A DNA stretch of 64,000 nucleotides, from the IMG/VR virus record IMGVR_UViG_2899946620_000001, positions 6,033 to 70,032 of that record; one strand, written 5' to 3'. The DNA is from a virus. Taxonomy: Duplodnaviria > Caudoviricetes. Positions within the stretch are counted from its first letter, which is position 1. The number at the start of each line of letters is the position of its first letter. Shown piece by piece: positions 8,128 to 15,604 of the stretch. The notes beneath the pieces were generated by a model that ran no database searches, was not told where the DNA came from, and saw only the letters and a program-made list of their open reading frames with translations. The translations under genes were made by a program, and so were the position numbers.

Positions 8128-8384
8128 CAAGCTCAATCGCTCATCTTCGACGGGACCTCCTCGCCGGGCACCGGACTGATGTCGGGTGTGTCCGGGCCTA
8201 CGTCGGGCTCTGGCTCTTCGATCGGTGGCTCCGGCAGATCTGGCGGCACATCCGCCGGCATGTCTGGCGGGAATTCAGGGTCACTGGGCTTCGGGATTGG
8301 GGTCGTAGGCATTCAGGCCTCCTCTTTCATCGCGCAACCGATGCTGGGCTGTGTTTGTTCCACGAGCCGGGAGGCATGGCATGA
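8124..8384 (+). CDS. Possible W/R-rich bridging ORF, antisense to the Pro/acidic micro-gene
   Basis: ATGA overlaps at both ends (8124-8127 and 8381-8384); composition could simply be the antisense shadow of 8133-8312. Confidence 0.35.
   Translation: MTSSIAHLRRDLLAGHRTDVGCVRAYVGLWLFDRWLRQIWRHIRRHVWREFRVTGLRDWGRRHSGLLFHRATDAGLCLFHEPGGMA
8133..8312 (-). CDS. 59 aa Pro/Asp/Glu-rich small protein (below the ORF-track cutoff)
   Basis: MPTTPIPKPSDPEFPPDMPADVPPDLPEPPIEEPEPDVGPDTPDISPVPGEEVPSKMSD; strong RBS GAGGAGG 5 nt before ATG; ECF-type promoter upstream. Confidence 0.7.
   Translation of the reverse strand: MPTTPIPKPSDPEFPPDMPADVPPDLPEPPIEEPEPDVGPDTPDISPVPGEEVPSKMSD
8336..8361 (-). promoter_or_regulatory. 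Candidate RpoE2/EcfG general-stress promoter
   Basis: Minus strand GGAAC-N17-GGTT, close to the alphaproteobacterial GGAAC-N16/17-CGTT consensus. Confidence 0.55.
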
Positions 8385-8596
8385 CCTTCCTGGAAGCCTA
8401 CGCCAAGTTCGGTCCCGACACGATGGCGATCGCCGAGGCCTTGGACATCAAGGAACACGAGGCGGACACCCTCATAAACATGAAGATGAACCGCGATCGT
8501 CTGGGCCCGACGGTATGCCAGATGGCGGCTTTGAACGCTCCCCGTAAACCCATTCGTTTCGCCGGCTTTGACGAGACAGAAAAGTCGTGGTGGTGA
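8381..8596 (+). CDS. Hypothetical phage protein
   Basis: 71 aa from MTFLEAYAKFGPD, RBS GGAGG. Confidence 0.65.
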   Translation: MTFLEAYAKFGPDTMAIAEALDIKEHEADTLINMKMNRDRLGPTVCQMAALNAPRKPIRFAGFDETEKSWW

Positions 8597-8597
8597 G

Positions 8598-9485
8598 ATG
8601 GTAACGGCGAAACCGGGCTGGATAGGCGGACTAGCTGAATGGACTGAGGGTGACACCGCCTATCTGTCTGTCGCCTTCACATGGAAGCTCAACGACGCAT
8701 ACCAGCGCGCCGTCTATTATCGAGCTCTTGGCTACAAGGTTCGGGCCGGTGGTCCCGGCATCTTCACCCGCAAGCACTTCCTGGCAGACGTGGCAGAGAT
8801 CGGCGGCGACGTCCCAGATGCCGTTTCGAGGCACAATCCGGCGGCAACTATAGCTAGTCGCGGGTGCCCTGTCGGGTGCTGGTTCTGCATCGTGCCAAAG
8901 ATGGAGGGCAAAGAATTCACGCTTTTGCCTGAGTTCCCGGTTCGGCCGATCCTTTGCGACAACAATCTCTCAGGGCTTCCGGCGGATTATCAGAATTTCA
9001 TTATCGAGCGGTATCTCGGAGAAGGAGTCCCGCTCCTCGACGCCAATAGCGGTTTCGAGCCCCGGACCTTTGACGAGGACTGCTTCGTCAGGTGGTCACG
9101 CATCAACAAAGGCCCTTGGCGCTTCGCCTACGACGACCATCACGAACGCTGTTATGTCGAACGCGTCATGCGGATGCTTCGCGATGTCTCGCCTCGTCGG
9201 AAACGCGTCTACGTGCTCATCGGCAATGAGCCGGTCGCGGCATGCATGGAGCGGATCAAAGAGGTCATAGCCTGGGGCGGAGAGCCGCACGTCCAGCCTT
9301 ACATGAAGCTCAACGCTCTTGAGCGTACGCCTTTCCCTCGGTTCGATTGGAACAAGCAGCTGCTCCGCGACGTCGCACGATGGGCCAATTCACCTCAGAT
9401 TTGGCGCAAAACGTCTTTCGACCGCTACAGGCGGTCGGTCAAAACGGCCGAGCGATACGATGAGCAACAGGGGCTTTTCCTATGA
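8598..9485 (+). CDS. Radical SAM superfamily protein (phage type)
   Basis: ASRGCPVGCWFCIVPKMEG gives CxxxCxxC; preceded by SVAFTW and AGGPG, followed by LCDNNL, as in phage radical-SAM proteins with a residual B12-binding-like N-terminus. Confidence 0.8.
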   Translation: MVTAKPGWIGGLAEWTEGDTAYLSVAFTWKLNDAYQRAVYYRALGYKVRAGGPGIFTRKHFLADVAEIGGDVPDAVSRHNPAATIASRGCPVGCWFCIVPKMEGKEFTLLPEFPVRPILCDNNLSGLPADYQNFIIERYLGEGVPLLDANSGFEPRTFDEDCFVRWSRINKGPWRFAYDDHHERCYVERVMRMLRDVSPRRKRVYVLIGNEPVAACMERIKEVIAWGGEPHVQPYMKLNALERTPFPRFDWNKQLLRDVARWANSPQIWRKTSFDRYRRSVKTAERYDEQQGLFL

Positions 9486-10342
9486 GTGAACGCCCCTTTA
9501 TGCAGCTCTACGTCTCCGATTTCATCGGCGACACCTTGCATCTGAGTACCGAGCAGATCGGCGCTTACATGCTGCTGCTCATGGCCATGTGGAATGCCGG
9601 CGGCCGCCTACCGAACGACGATGCGAAACTTGCACGCGTCGTCCGCATGAGCGTGAAGAAGTGGAAGGCGATCGAGGCCGACCTTATCGGCTTCTTCGAT
9701 GTCACCGACGGCGAAATTTGCCACAATCGCCTGACGAAAGAGCTGCAAAAAAGCGAGAGAAAATCGCAGTTGAGAGCCGACGCCGGGGCTAAGGGTGGAA
9801 GCTCTAAGGCATTGAAAGATAAAGAAGCACGTCTAGCAAATGCTAGCGTTTTGCCACAGCATTCTCCAGATACCATAACCAGAGATAATACATCCTCACT
9901 CCGTTCGGATGTTTGCCCGGAGCCGGAAAAATCCGCTCCGGCCACCCCTTCGTCGCCGACCGTGATCGAGCTTCCTACCGTCAATGGCGACATGGTTCCG
10001 ATCACAGAGGCAGACCTGGCCGAGTGGTCAGAGGCCTTCCCTGCGGTGAACGTTCGCCAGCAGCTCGCAGCGATGCGCTCCTGGCTCAACGCCAATCCCA
10101 AGAACCGCAAGACGAGCAAGGGCATGAAGCGCTTCGTCGTCTCCTGGCTCACTCGCGATCAGGACCGCGGAGGAGGGCGCCAGCATCCGCAAGCGCAATC
10201 GCCTCCGCGCCCGCAAAGCCCTTCCATGCAACGCCACCACGACATCCACGCAAGGCTGAAACGAGAACTCTACGGTGAACCAGATGACCAATTTGCCGGC
10301 CCAACTGTCGACATTGCAGCAGGAGATTTCCGTTCTCACTGA
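9482..10342 (+). CDS. Replication initiator, DUF1376/YdaU family
   Basis: PFMQLYVSDFIGDTLHLSTEQIGAYMLLLMAMW...LPNDDAKLAR signature. Confidence 0.85.
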   Translation: MSERPFMQLYVSDFIGDTLHLSTEQIGAYMLLLMAMWNAGGRLPNDDAKLARVVRMSVKKWKAIEADLIGFFDVTDGEICHNRLTKELQKSERKSQLRADAGAKGGSSKALKDKEARLANASVLPQHSPDTITRDNTSSLRSDVCPEPEKSAPATPSSPTVIELPTVNGDMVPITEADLAEWSEAFPAVNVRQQLAAMRSWLNANPKNRKTSKGMKRFVVSWLTRDQDRGGGRQHPQAQSPPRPQSPSMQRHHDIHARLKRELYGEPDDQFAGPTVDIAAGDFRSH

Positions 10343-11060
10343 ACAGCTCGCGCCGGCCAACCCCGACGACATCGCCCAGTGCATCGAGGGCCTCATGAGT
10401 GGCGGCATGCGGATCTCAGAATCCATCACGGCTGAGAACCCTGTCGAGGAATATCGCTTCTCCCTCCGCAACGTGCCGGTCTTCGGGCTGCGACGGGCCT
10501 ACGTGAAGCTGAAGCGCGGCGAATACGAGAACATCAACAAGGCGTTCATCCCCCTCCCGGCGGAGCTTTCGGCAATGGCCAATGCCGAGTGCCGTCTCAT
10601 CCGTGAGGATCGGATTCGGAAGCAGGAAACGATGCGAGCCGTGCAGGATAGCGTCAGCAGGACGCTTCCGAACGCTCATGGCCTGATGGACTTGCGGGCC
10701 ACCCAGCGCGATCGGGCCAACGAACTGGCCGCCAAGGGGTTCTCCCTCGTCGCCCAGGGCGTTGACCATCTGGAATTCGCCCAGCTCGCCAAATCGCGGG
10801 AACTGCCGGCAGGGTCGGTCCATCTCTGGGCTATCGACGAGGTCTGGTCGCCGATCGCTGTCCGCGTCAACCGCAGCAGGATTCAGACCAAGCTGAACGT
10901 TCAGCCCGCATCGATCTCGCCGGAGCGAGCTGACGAGCTGGCACGCATGCTGGCGCTCCCTGATGCCCGCGAGGTCACTTCGGAGCAGATGGCGTATCGC
11001 GGCAAGGTCAAGGCCGAGATCGAGGCGGCGGAGCCAACGGAAGAGGAGCGCGCGGCATGA
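10275..11060 (+). CDS. Putative replication accessory / helicase-loader-position protein
   Basis: 261 aa directly after the initiator; FIPLPAEL motif typical of P-like proteins. Confidence 0.6.
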   Translation: MNQMTNLPAQLSTLQQEISVLTEQLAPANPDDIAQCIEGLMSGGMRISESITAENPVEEYRFSLRNVPVFGLRRAYVKLKRGEYENINKAFIPLPAELSAMANAECRLIREDRIRKQETMRAVQDSVSRTLPNAHGLMDLRATQRDRANELAAKGFSLVAQGVDHLEFAQLAKSRELPAGSVHLWAIDEVWSPIAVRVNRSRIQTKLNVQPASISPERADELARMLALPDAREVTSEQMAYRGKVKAEIEAAEPTEEERAA

Positions 11061-11485
11061 CCATCCAGCACCGCACCGTCGACATCGAGGCTTCTGCCAA
11101 GCTTTGGAGCGAGGGCTTATCGGCAGCTCAGATCGCGAGCAGATTCGGAGTGTCACGGAACGTCGTCATCGGCATCGCGTATCGCAACCGTGACCGGTTT
11201 CCCCCGCGCCTGAAGCGAAAGCTGGTGCCTTCTAAGCGCGAGCCGGCACGACGGACACGCGAACTGGCTCCGGAACTTCCGCCGGAACCGAAGATCCCGT
11301 CAACGGCCTACGATGCCGAGCGGCTCAAACGCGCAAAGCTTCTCCACGAACTAACGGCCTGCGAATGTTGCTGGCCTCTCAACACCGGTGGCCCGTACCT
11401 ATTCTGTGCGGCGGAAACGACGGGCCGCTACTGCCGAAATCACCAGGCCAGATCATTGCCGAAAAAGAACGAGGGACAAGCATGA
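11057..11485 (+). CDS. gcrA: GcrA-family cell cycle regulator homologue
   Basis: LWSEGLSAAQIASRFGVSRNVVIGIAYR plus C-terminal LHEL...CCWP...FCA......YC..H. Confidence 0.85.
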   Translation: MTIQHRTVDIEASAKLWSEGLSAAQIASRFGVSRNVVIGIAYRNRDRFPPRLKRKLVPSKREPARRTRELAPELPPEPKIPSTAYDAERLKRAKLLHELTACECCWPLNTGGPYLFCAAETTGRYCRNHQARSLPKKNEGQA

Positions 11486-12099
11486 GCAGATCACATTGGT
11501 ATGCAATCAGGACGGCCCCGGGCTATCAGCGTATGGCGGCCGTCGACGAGCGCCTCCCGGAAGGCCGTCGCATGGAATCCATCATCGAGCGGAACTGCCG
11601 CAAGGACGGCTTCGACATTTTCATGCCGTCGTTCTACACCGAGTTGAGGCACCACCGGACGAAACAGATCCTGCAGAAGCGGTTCCCGTTCCTGGTCGGC
11701 TATGCCTTCGTGAACTTGCCGAGGCTGAATTTCGAGGAGCTCCGCCGCGTCGACGGCGTCGTGTGCTTCCTGCGCGGCGCCAACTATGGACCTCTCGAAT
11801 TTCCCGACGGGACCATCGAGGCGCTGTACTTCGCCGAACACGAGCGCCGGCAGGCCTTCCTCTACGAGCAGCACTGCCGGAAGGAGAACGAGCGCCACGA
11901 GCAAATCCAGCACCTCCGCGGCCAGCTCCGAAAGATCCTGCCGAAAGGCCGGAAAGCTCGCGTCTCCATGGTCGACCAGGCGGAAAGGGCTATAGATTCT
12001 CTAAGCCCACAGATCAAAGAGCGCGTGCAGAAAATTATCAGTGAATTGAGCAGCCTCACCGCTGACGCGGAGGTTGAAAATCTCTCCAAAGCCGTATAG
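11482..12099 (+). CDS. NusG-family (NGN domain) late-gene antiterminator
   Basis: WYAIRTAPGYQ, FDIFMP, PFLVGYAFV, RRVDGVVCFL, PLEFPDGTIEAL; occupies the lambda Q position; C-terminus lacks an obvious KOW motif. Confidence 0.85.
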   Translation: MSRSHWYAIRTAPGYQRMAAVDERLPEGRRMESIIERNCRKDGFDIFMPSFYTELRHHRTKQILQKRFPFLVGYAFVNLPRLNFEELRRVDGVVCFLRGANYGPLEFPDGTIEALYFAEHERRQAFLYEQHCRKENERHEQIQHLRGQLRKILPKGRKARVSMVDQAERAIDSLSPQIKERVQKIISELSSLTADAEVENLSKAV

Positions 12100-12184
12100 G
12101 TTTCCTGCAGTGATTTGCGGTTGTTCAGTTGCGGACCTCAATGAGGGAACACTCGCCGGACCGCTGCCGAGATCTCACACTCGG
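12074..12184 (+). ncRNA. Candidate late promoter plus structured leader RNA
   Basis: TTGAAA-N17-TAGGTT; nested stems GCGGT/ACCGC, TGTTC/GAACA, CCTC/GAGG and a separate CCGAG/CTCGG hairpin. Confidence 0.4.
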
Positions 12185-12486
12185 TGCATAGGAGAAATGC
12201 GCCCATTTTCTCGTCAGACTTCACCTTATTAGAGATCGGAGTCGGCACGGCGGTTGCCGTAGTCGTCGGCAGTCTCGTCTATTGGCTGTTGAGCAAGCGC
12301 TTTGGCAGCGGCCAGCCGGAAATCTCCGGGGTTGAGCTGCAGTTCCGAAACGTGTTTGCAATTATGGACGAGGACCGCCGGCTATCGCTGATCCGTTTCT
12401 ACATGGACAAGCACGGCTGCGGACGAGAAGAGGCGATGCGCCACGCCGTGGATCATTGGAGGCGCGACGCAAGGCGTTGGGATTGA
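12184..12486 (+). CDS. Membrane-anchored hypothetical protein (moron)
   Basis: One TM helix (IGVGTAVAVVVGSLVYWLL); start uncertain. Confidence 0.6.
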   Translation: MHRRNAPIFSSDFTLLEIGVGTAVAVVVGSLVYWLLSKRFGSGQPEISGVELQFRNVFAIMDEDRRLSLIRFYMDKHGCGREEAMRHAVDHWRRDARRWD

Positions 12487-12543
12487 CTGGGCAAGCGCGA
12501 CCACCGAATGACCGCCGTCTATGCGGTAGGGTGGACGCCTTCG

Positions 12544-13029
12544 TCATTTCAGATCATAGGACGAGATCATTGGCGTCTCAACGCTGTCAGGGGCAGTTTT
12601 GGACTTTGCCTTGGCGAGTGCGCGGAACCGCTGAAGACGAGACTGACCGTCCCACATTGCTTCAGCGGTACCACTGATGCGGAATGTACTGCAATTTTGG
12701 CAGGTATATTCGCTGTAGTCTCCGCCTGTGCGCGGTGCCTGTAACGTGCCTGGGCGCCCGCAAACGGGGCAGGCGTCGTGAAGCGCGACATTTTCCAGTG
12801 CTTTTGCAGCAACATCGGCAAGCTCGTTGGGGAGATGCGCTCCCTTAATGCCGTCGGCGGTGGTTTTCAGAACGGCCCATTTGCCAGCCTGGATGTGAAC
12901 CGGGCGAACCGCAGTCTTGCCAGTTTCAAGATCTTCGTAGGTGCGCAGCGGCACACCCATTTCTTCGGCGAAGGCGGCTTGAGTGAGAGGTACCCAGTTG
13001 CGCAGCTGCTTGAGGGCATTTCCAGTCAT
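12544..13029 (-). CDS. XRE HTH protein fused to a Zn-ribbon domain
   Basis: LTQAAFAEEMGVPLRTYEDLETGK HTH; CPVC...CQNC.TFRISGTA C-terminal domain; RBS GGAG. Confidence 0.75.
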   Translation of the reverse strand: MTGNALKQLRNWVPLTQAAFAEEMGVPLRTYEDLETGKTAVRPVHIQAGKWAVLKTTADGIKGAHLPNELADVAAKALENVALHDACPVCGRPGTLQAPRTGGDYSEYTCQNCSTFRISGTAEAMWDGQSRLQRFRALAKAKSKTAPDSVETPMISSYDLK

Positions 13030-13071
13030 TGATTGATCTCCAGAGTGGTGCATTCGTGCAAGGGGGTTATC

Positions 13072-13117
13072 CCACGGTTTTCGTGGTTTTGCAAGCGCAA
13101 ATCCACGAAAACCGTGG
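13072..13117. promoter_or_regulatory. Two palindromic operators CCACG-N5-CGTGG forming a perfect 15-bp inverted repeat
   Basis: ccacggttttcgtgg at 13072-13086 and ccacgaaaaccgtgg at 13103-13117, between divergent genes. Confidence 0.7.
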
Positions 13118-13147
13118 CCCGACTCTGTTCTTCCCCAGGAGCGCGAA

Positions 13148-13318
13148 ATGCAGCTTTATCTCGTCGAGAAATTCGACACGGGCCCAGACGGCCTCAAGAG
13201 CATGCAAGCCTTCATCAACGAGAAGGCGGCAGAGGGATACGCCCTCGTCCAGGCGGTACCGCGCAATACCTACCATTGGGTGCTGTTCTTCAAGCGCGAG
13301 GCTGAAGCCTCAGCATGA
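13148..13318 (+). CDS. 56 aa DUF4177-like protein (below the ORF-track cutoff)
   Basis: MQLYLVEKFDTGPDGLKSMQAFINEKAAEGYALVQAVPRNTYHWVLFFKREAEASA; RBS AGGAG; IN..AAEGY.LV...LFFKR pattern. Confidence 0.65.
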   Translation: MQLYLVEKFDTGPDGLKSMQAFINEKAAEGYALVQAVPRNTYHWVLFFKREAEASA

Positions 13319-13337
13319 GGCCACAGCCCCGCTCCCC

Positions 13338-13559
13338 TTACGCGAGGTTCTTGTCCAGCGCGCTGAGATAACGCGAGTAGTTCTCAATGAGACGAAGATG
13401 CATTTGCTTCTGCTCTTCCATGATCTCGTCGTCGCTTCTGGTGTCCGTGACGTCCTTTAGCACAAAGCGGTATTTCTCGATGAACTCGATCATCCGCTCC
13501 GCGTGTTCGATCTCAGCATTGAAGCGTTCGCGCATAAAGCGAAGAGTATCTCTATCCAT
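13338..13559 (-). CDS. Hypothetical helical protein (moron)
   Basis: 73 aa, AT-richer codon use. Confidence 0.6.
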   Translation of the reverse strand: MDRDTLRFMRERFNAEIEHAERMIEFIEKYRFVLKDVTDTRSDDEIMEEQKQMHLRLIENYSRYLSALDKNLA

Positions 13560-13581
13560 TCAATTCCCCCAAGGTTGAAAC

Positions 13582-14193
13582 ATGCCCGTCCTGAAAAACG
13601 CGCGGCACGAGAAGTTCGCGCAGGCGCTCGCCAAAGGCAAGACAGCAGATGACGCGTATGCGGAAGCAGGCTTCAAGCCTGACCGGGGAAATGCTTCGCG
13701 TTTACAGCAGAAAGACAACATCAGACAACGCGTCGCCGAACTTTTGGAATGGGAGCAGACGGTGGAGCGCAAAGCCACCGAGAAGGCCATAGACAAGCTC
13801 GCCATCACGAAAGAGCGCGTCCTGGCAGAGCTGGCCAAGATCGGGTTCGCCGACATCCGCAAGGCGATCAAATGGCAGGGCACGCTGGTGACCGAAGAGG
13901 ATAACCCGGATGGCGGTGACGTCCTCGTGATCAAGAACGTCGTCACCAACAACGTCCAGCTGATTTCGAGCGACGAGATCGACGACGACACAGCCGCGGC
14001 CATTGCCGAGATCAGCCAGAATTCGACCGGCGGCATCAAGATCAAGTTTCACGACAAGAAGGGCGCTCTCGTGGATATCGGGAAGCACCTTGGCATGTTC
14101 GTTGAGCGGCACGAGCACTCCGGACCTGACGGCGCCCCGATACAGACCGAGACAAGAACATGGCGGGAAGTGCTGCGCAGCGAAAAGAGCTAG
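13582..14193 (+). CDS. terS: Terminase small subunit
   Basis: RHEKFAQALAKG...AY..AG HTH, VLAELAKIGFADIRK, KIKFHDKKGALVDIGKHLGMF. Confidence 0.92.
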   Translation: MPVLKNARHEKFAQALAKGKTADDAYAEAGFKPDRGNASRLQQKDNIRQRVAELLEWEQTVERKATEKAIDKLAITKERVLAELAKIGFADIRKAIKWQGTLVTEEDNPDGGDVLVIKNVVTNNVQLISSDEIDDDTAAAIAEISQNSTGGIKIKFHDKKGALVDIGKHLGMFVERHEHSGPDGAPIQTETRTWREVLRSEKS

Positions 14194-15596
14194 ACGCCAC
14201 CACCCATCTCACCAACCCCGCGCTTCACGACTTTTGGGAACAGGTCTTCCTTGGACAGGCGGACATCGCGGTTCTCCACGGTGGACGCTCAAGTTCAAAG
14301 ACACGAGACACGGCGTGCCAGTTGGTGCGCCTGGTCGACCATGTCGGCGTCAAGATGCGGGTTCTCTGCATCCGCCGCTTCCAGAACCGCATTCAGGATT
14401 CGGTTTATACCGAACTGAAATGGGCGATCGCTCATCTCGGGCTCAGCAAAGTCTTCGACGTGCAGAAGACGACGATCATCCATCGCAGGACTGGCGCGGA
14501 GTTCATTTTCTACGGCATCGAGCGAAACCTTGAGGACATCAAGGGAACGTCCGACGTCGATATCCTCTGGGTGGAAGAAGCCGAAAAGCTGACCGAAGAG
14601 CAATGGACGGTCATCGGGCCGACCATCCGCAAGGAAGACAGCCTGGCTATCCTGCTGTTCAACCCGAAGTTCGTCACCGACTACGTCTGGAAGAACTTCG
14701 TCGTCAACACGCCACCGCACTGCATCGTCAAGCAGATCAACTACACCTCCAACCCGTTCCTCTCGGCCAAGGCGCTGCGCGATATCGCGGCGATGCAGGA
14801 ACGCGACCCGGAGATGTTCGAGCACGTCTATCGAGGCGTGCCGCTCGGCGACAGCGAGCTTTCGATCTTCAAGCGCCGCTGGCTCGACGCGTGTGTCGAT
14901 GCGCACAAGGTCCTGAAGGTCAGCCTCACCGGCCGCAACATCATCGGCTTCGACCCCGCCGACGACGGCGAGGACAAGAGCGCGACCGCTGATAAGATCG
15001 AGGGCGTATTCGTCGACGCCGAGGACTGGTCGTCGGATAAAGACCAACTCGTCCAGAACGCCAAGAAGGTCTGGACGAAGGCCAAGCATGCCGGAGCCAC
15101 GGTTTCATACGACACAATCGGCGTCGGGGCATTCGTCGGCGGATACATCGACGAGCAGAACAAGGTCGATGGAGCGAAGGTAAGGCACTACGCATTCCAC
15201 GCCGGGGGCGCCGTGATGGATGGCGACAAACCGAGCGATCCCTTCAACAAGAACAGCCCGCTCAACAAAGATGAGTATCTGAACCTAAAGGCGCAGGCGT
15301 GGGCCAATACGGCGCGCCGGGCGATGCTCACCTTCAATGCAGTGACGCGAGGCCAGCCCATAAAGCCGGAAGACATCCTGTCATTCGCCTCTGAGGTCGG
15401 CAAGGCAAAGCTTGATGCACTGTTCACCGAGCTTTGCGTACCGTGGTGGGTAGAGACCGAGGGCAAGAAGCGGGTGGTGCCGAAGGCTAAGCTCAAGAAA
15501 GACCTCGGCGTGAAGTCGCACAATCTCGCTGATGCGGTCATAGCGGCTGATAACGTGCACATCACCGGATCCACGTTTACGCTGTCGAATGTTTAG
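14160..15596 (+). CDS. terL: Terminase large subunit (PBSX family)
   Basis: Walker A HGGRSSSKT, Walker B ILWVEEAE, LFNP motif, nuclease GFDPADDGED and HNLADA. Confidence 0.95.
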   Translation: MAGSAAQRKELDATTHLTNPALHDFWEQVFLGQADIAVLHGGRSSSKTRDTACQLVRLVDHVGVKMRVLCIRRFQNRIQDSVYTELKWAIAHLGLSKVFDVQKTTIIHRRTGAEFIFYGIERNLEDIKGTSDVDILWVEEAEKLTEEQWTVIGPTIRKEDSLAILLFNPKFVTDYVWKNFVVNTPPHCIVKQINYTSNPFLSAKALRDIAAMQERDPEMFEHVYRGVPLGDSELSIFKRRWLDACVDAHKVLKVSLTGRNIIGFDPADDGEDKSATADKIEGVFVDAEDWSSDKDQLVQNAKKVWTKAKHAGATVSYDTIGVGAFVGGYIDEQNKVDGAKVRHYAFHAGGAVMDGDKPSDPFNKNSPLNKDEYLNLKAQAWANTARRAMLTFNAVTRGQPIKPEDILSFASEVGKAKLDALFTELCVPWWVETEGKKRVVPKAKLKKDLGVKSHNLADAVIAADNVHITGSTFTLSNV

Positions 15597-15604
15597 GAGC
15601 GGAC

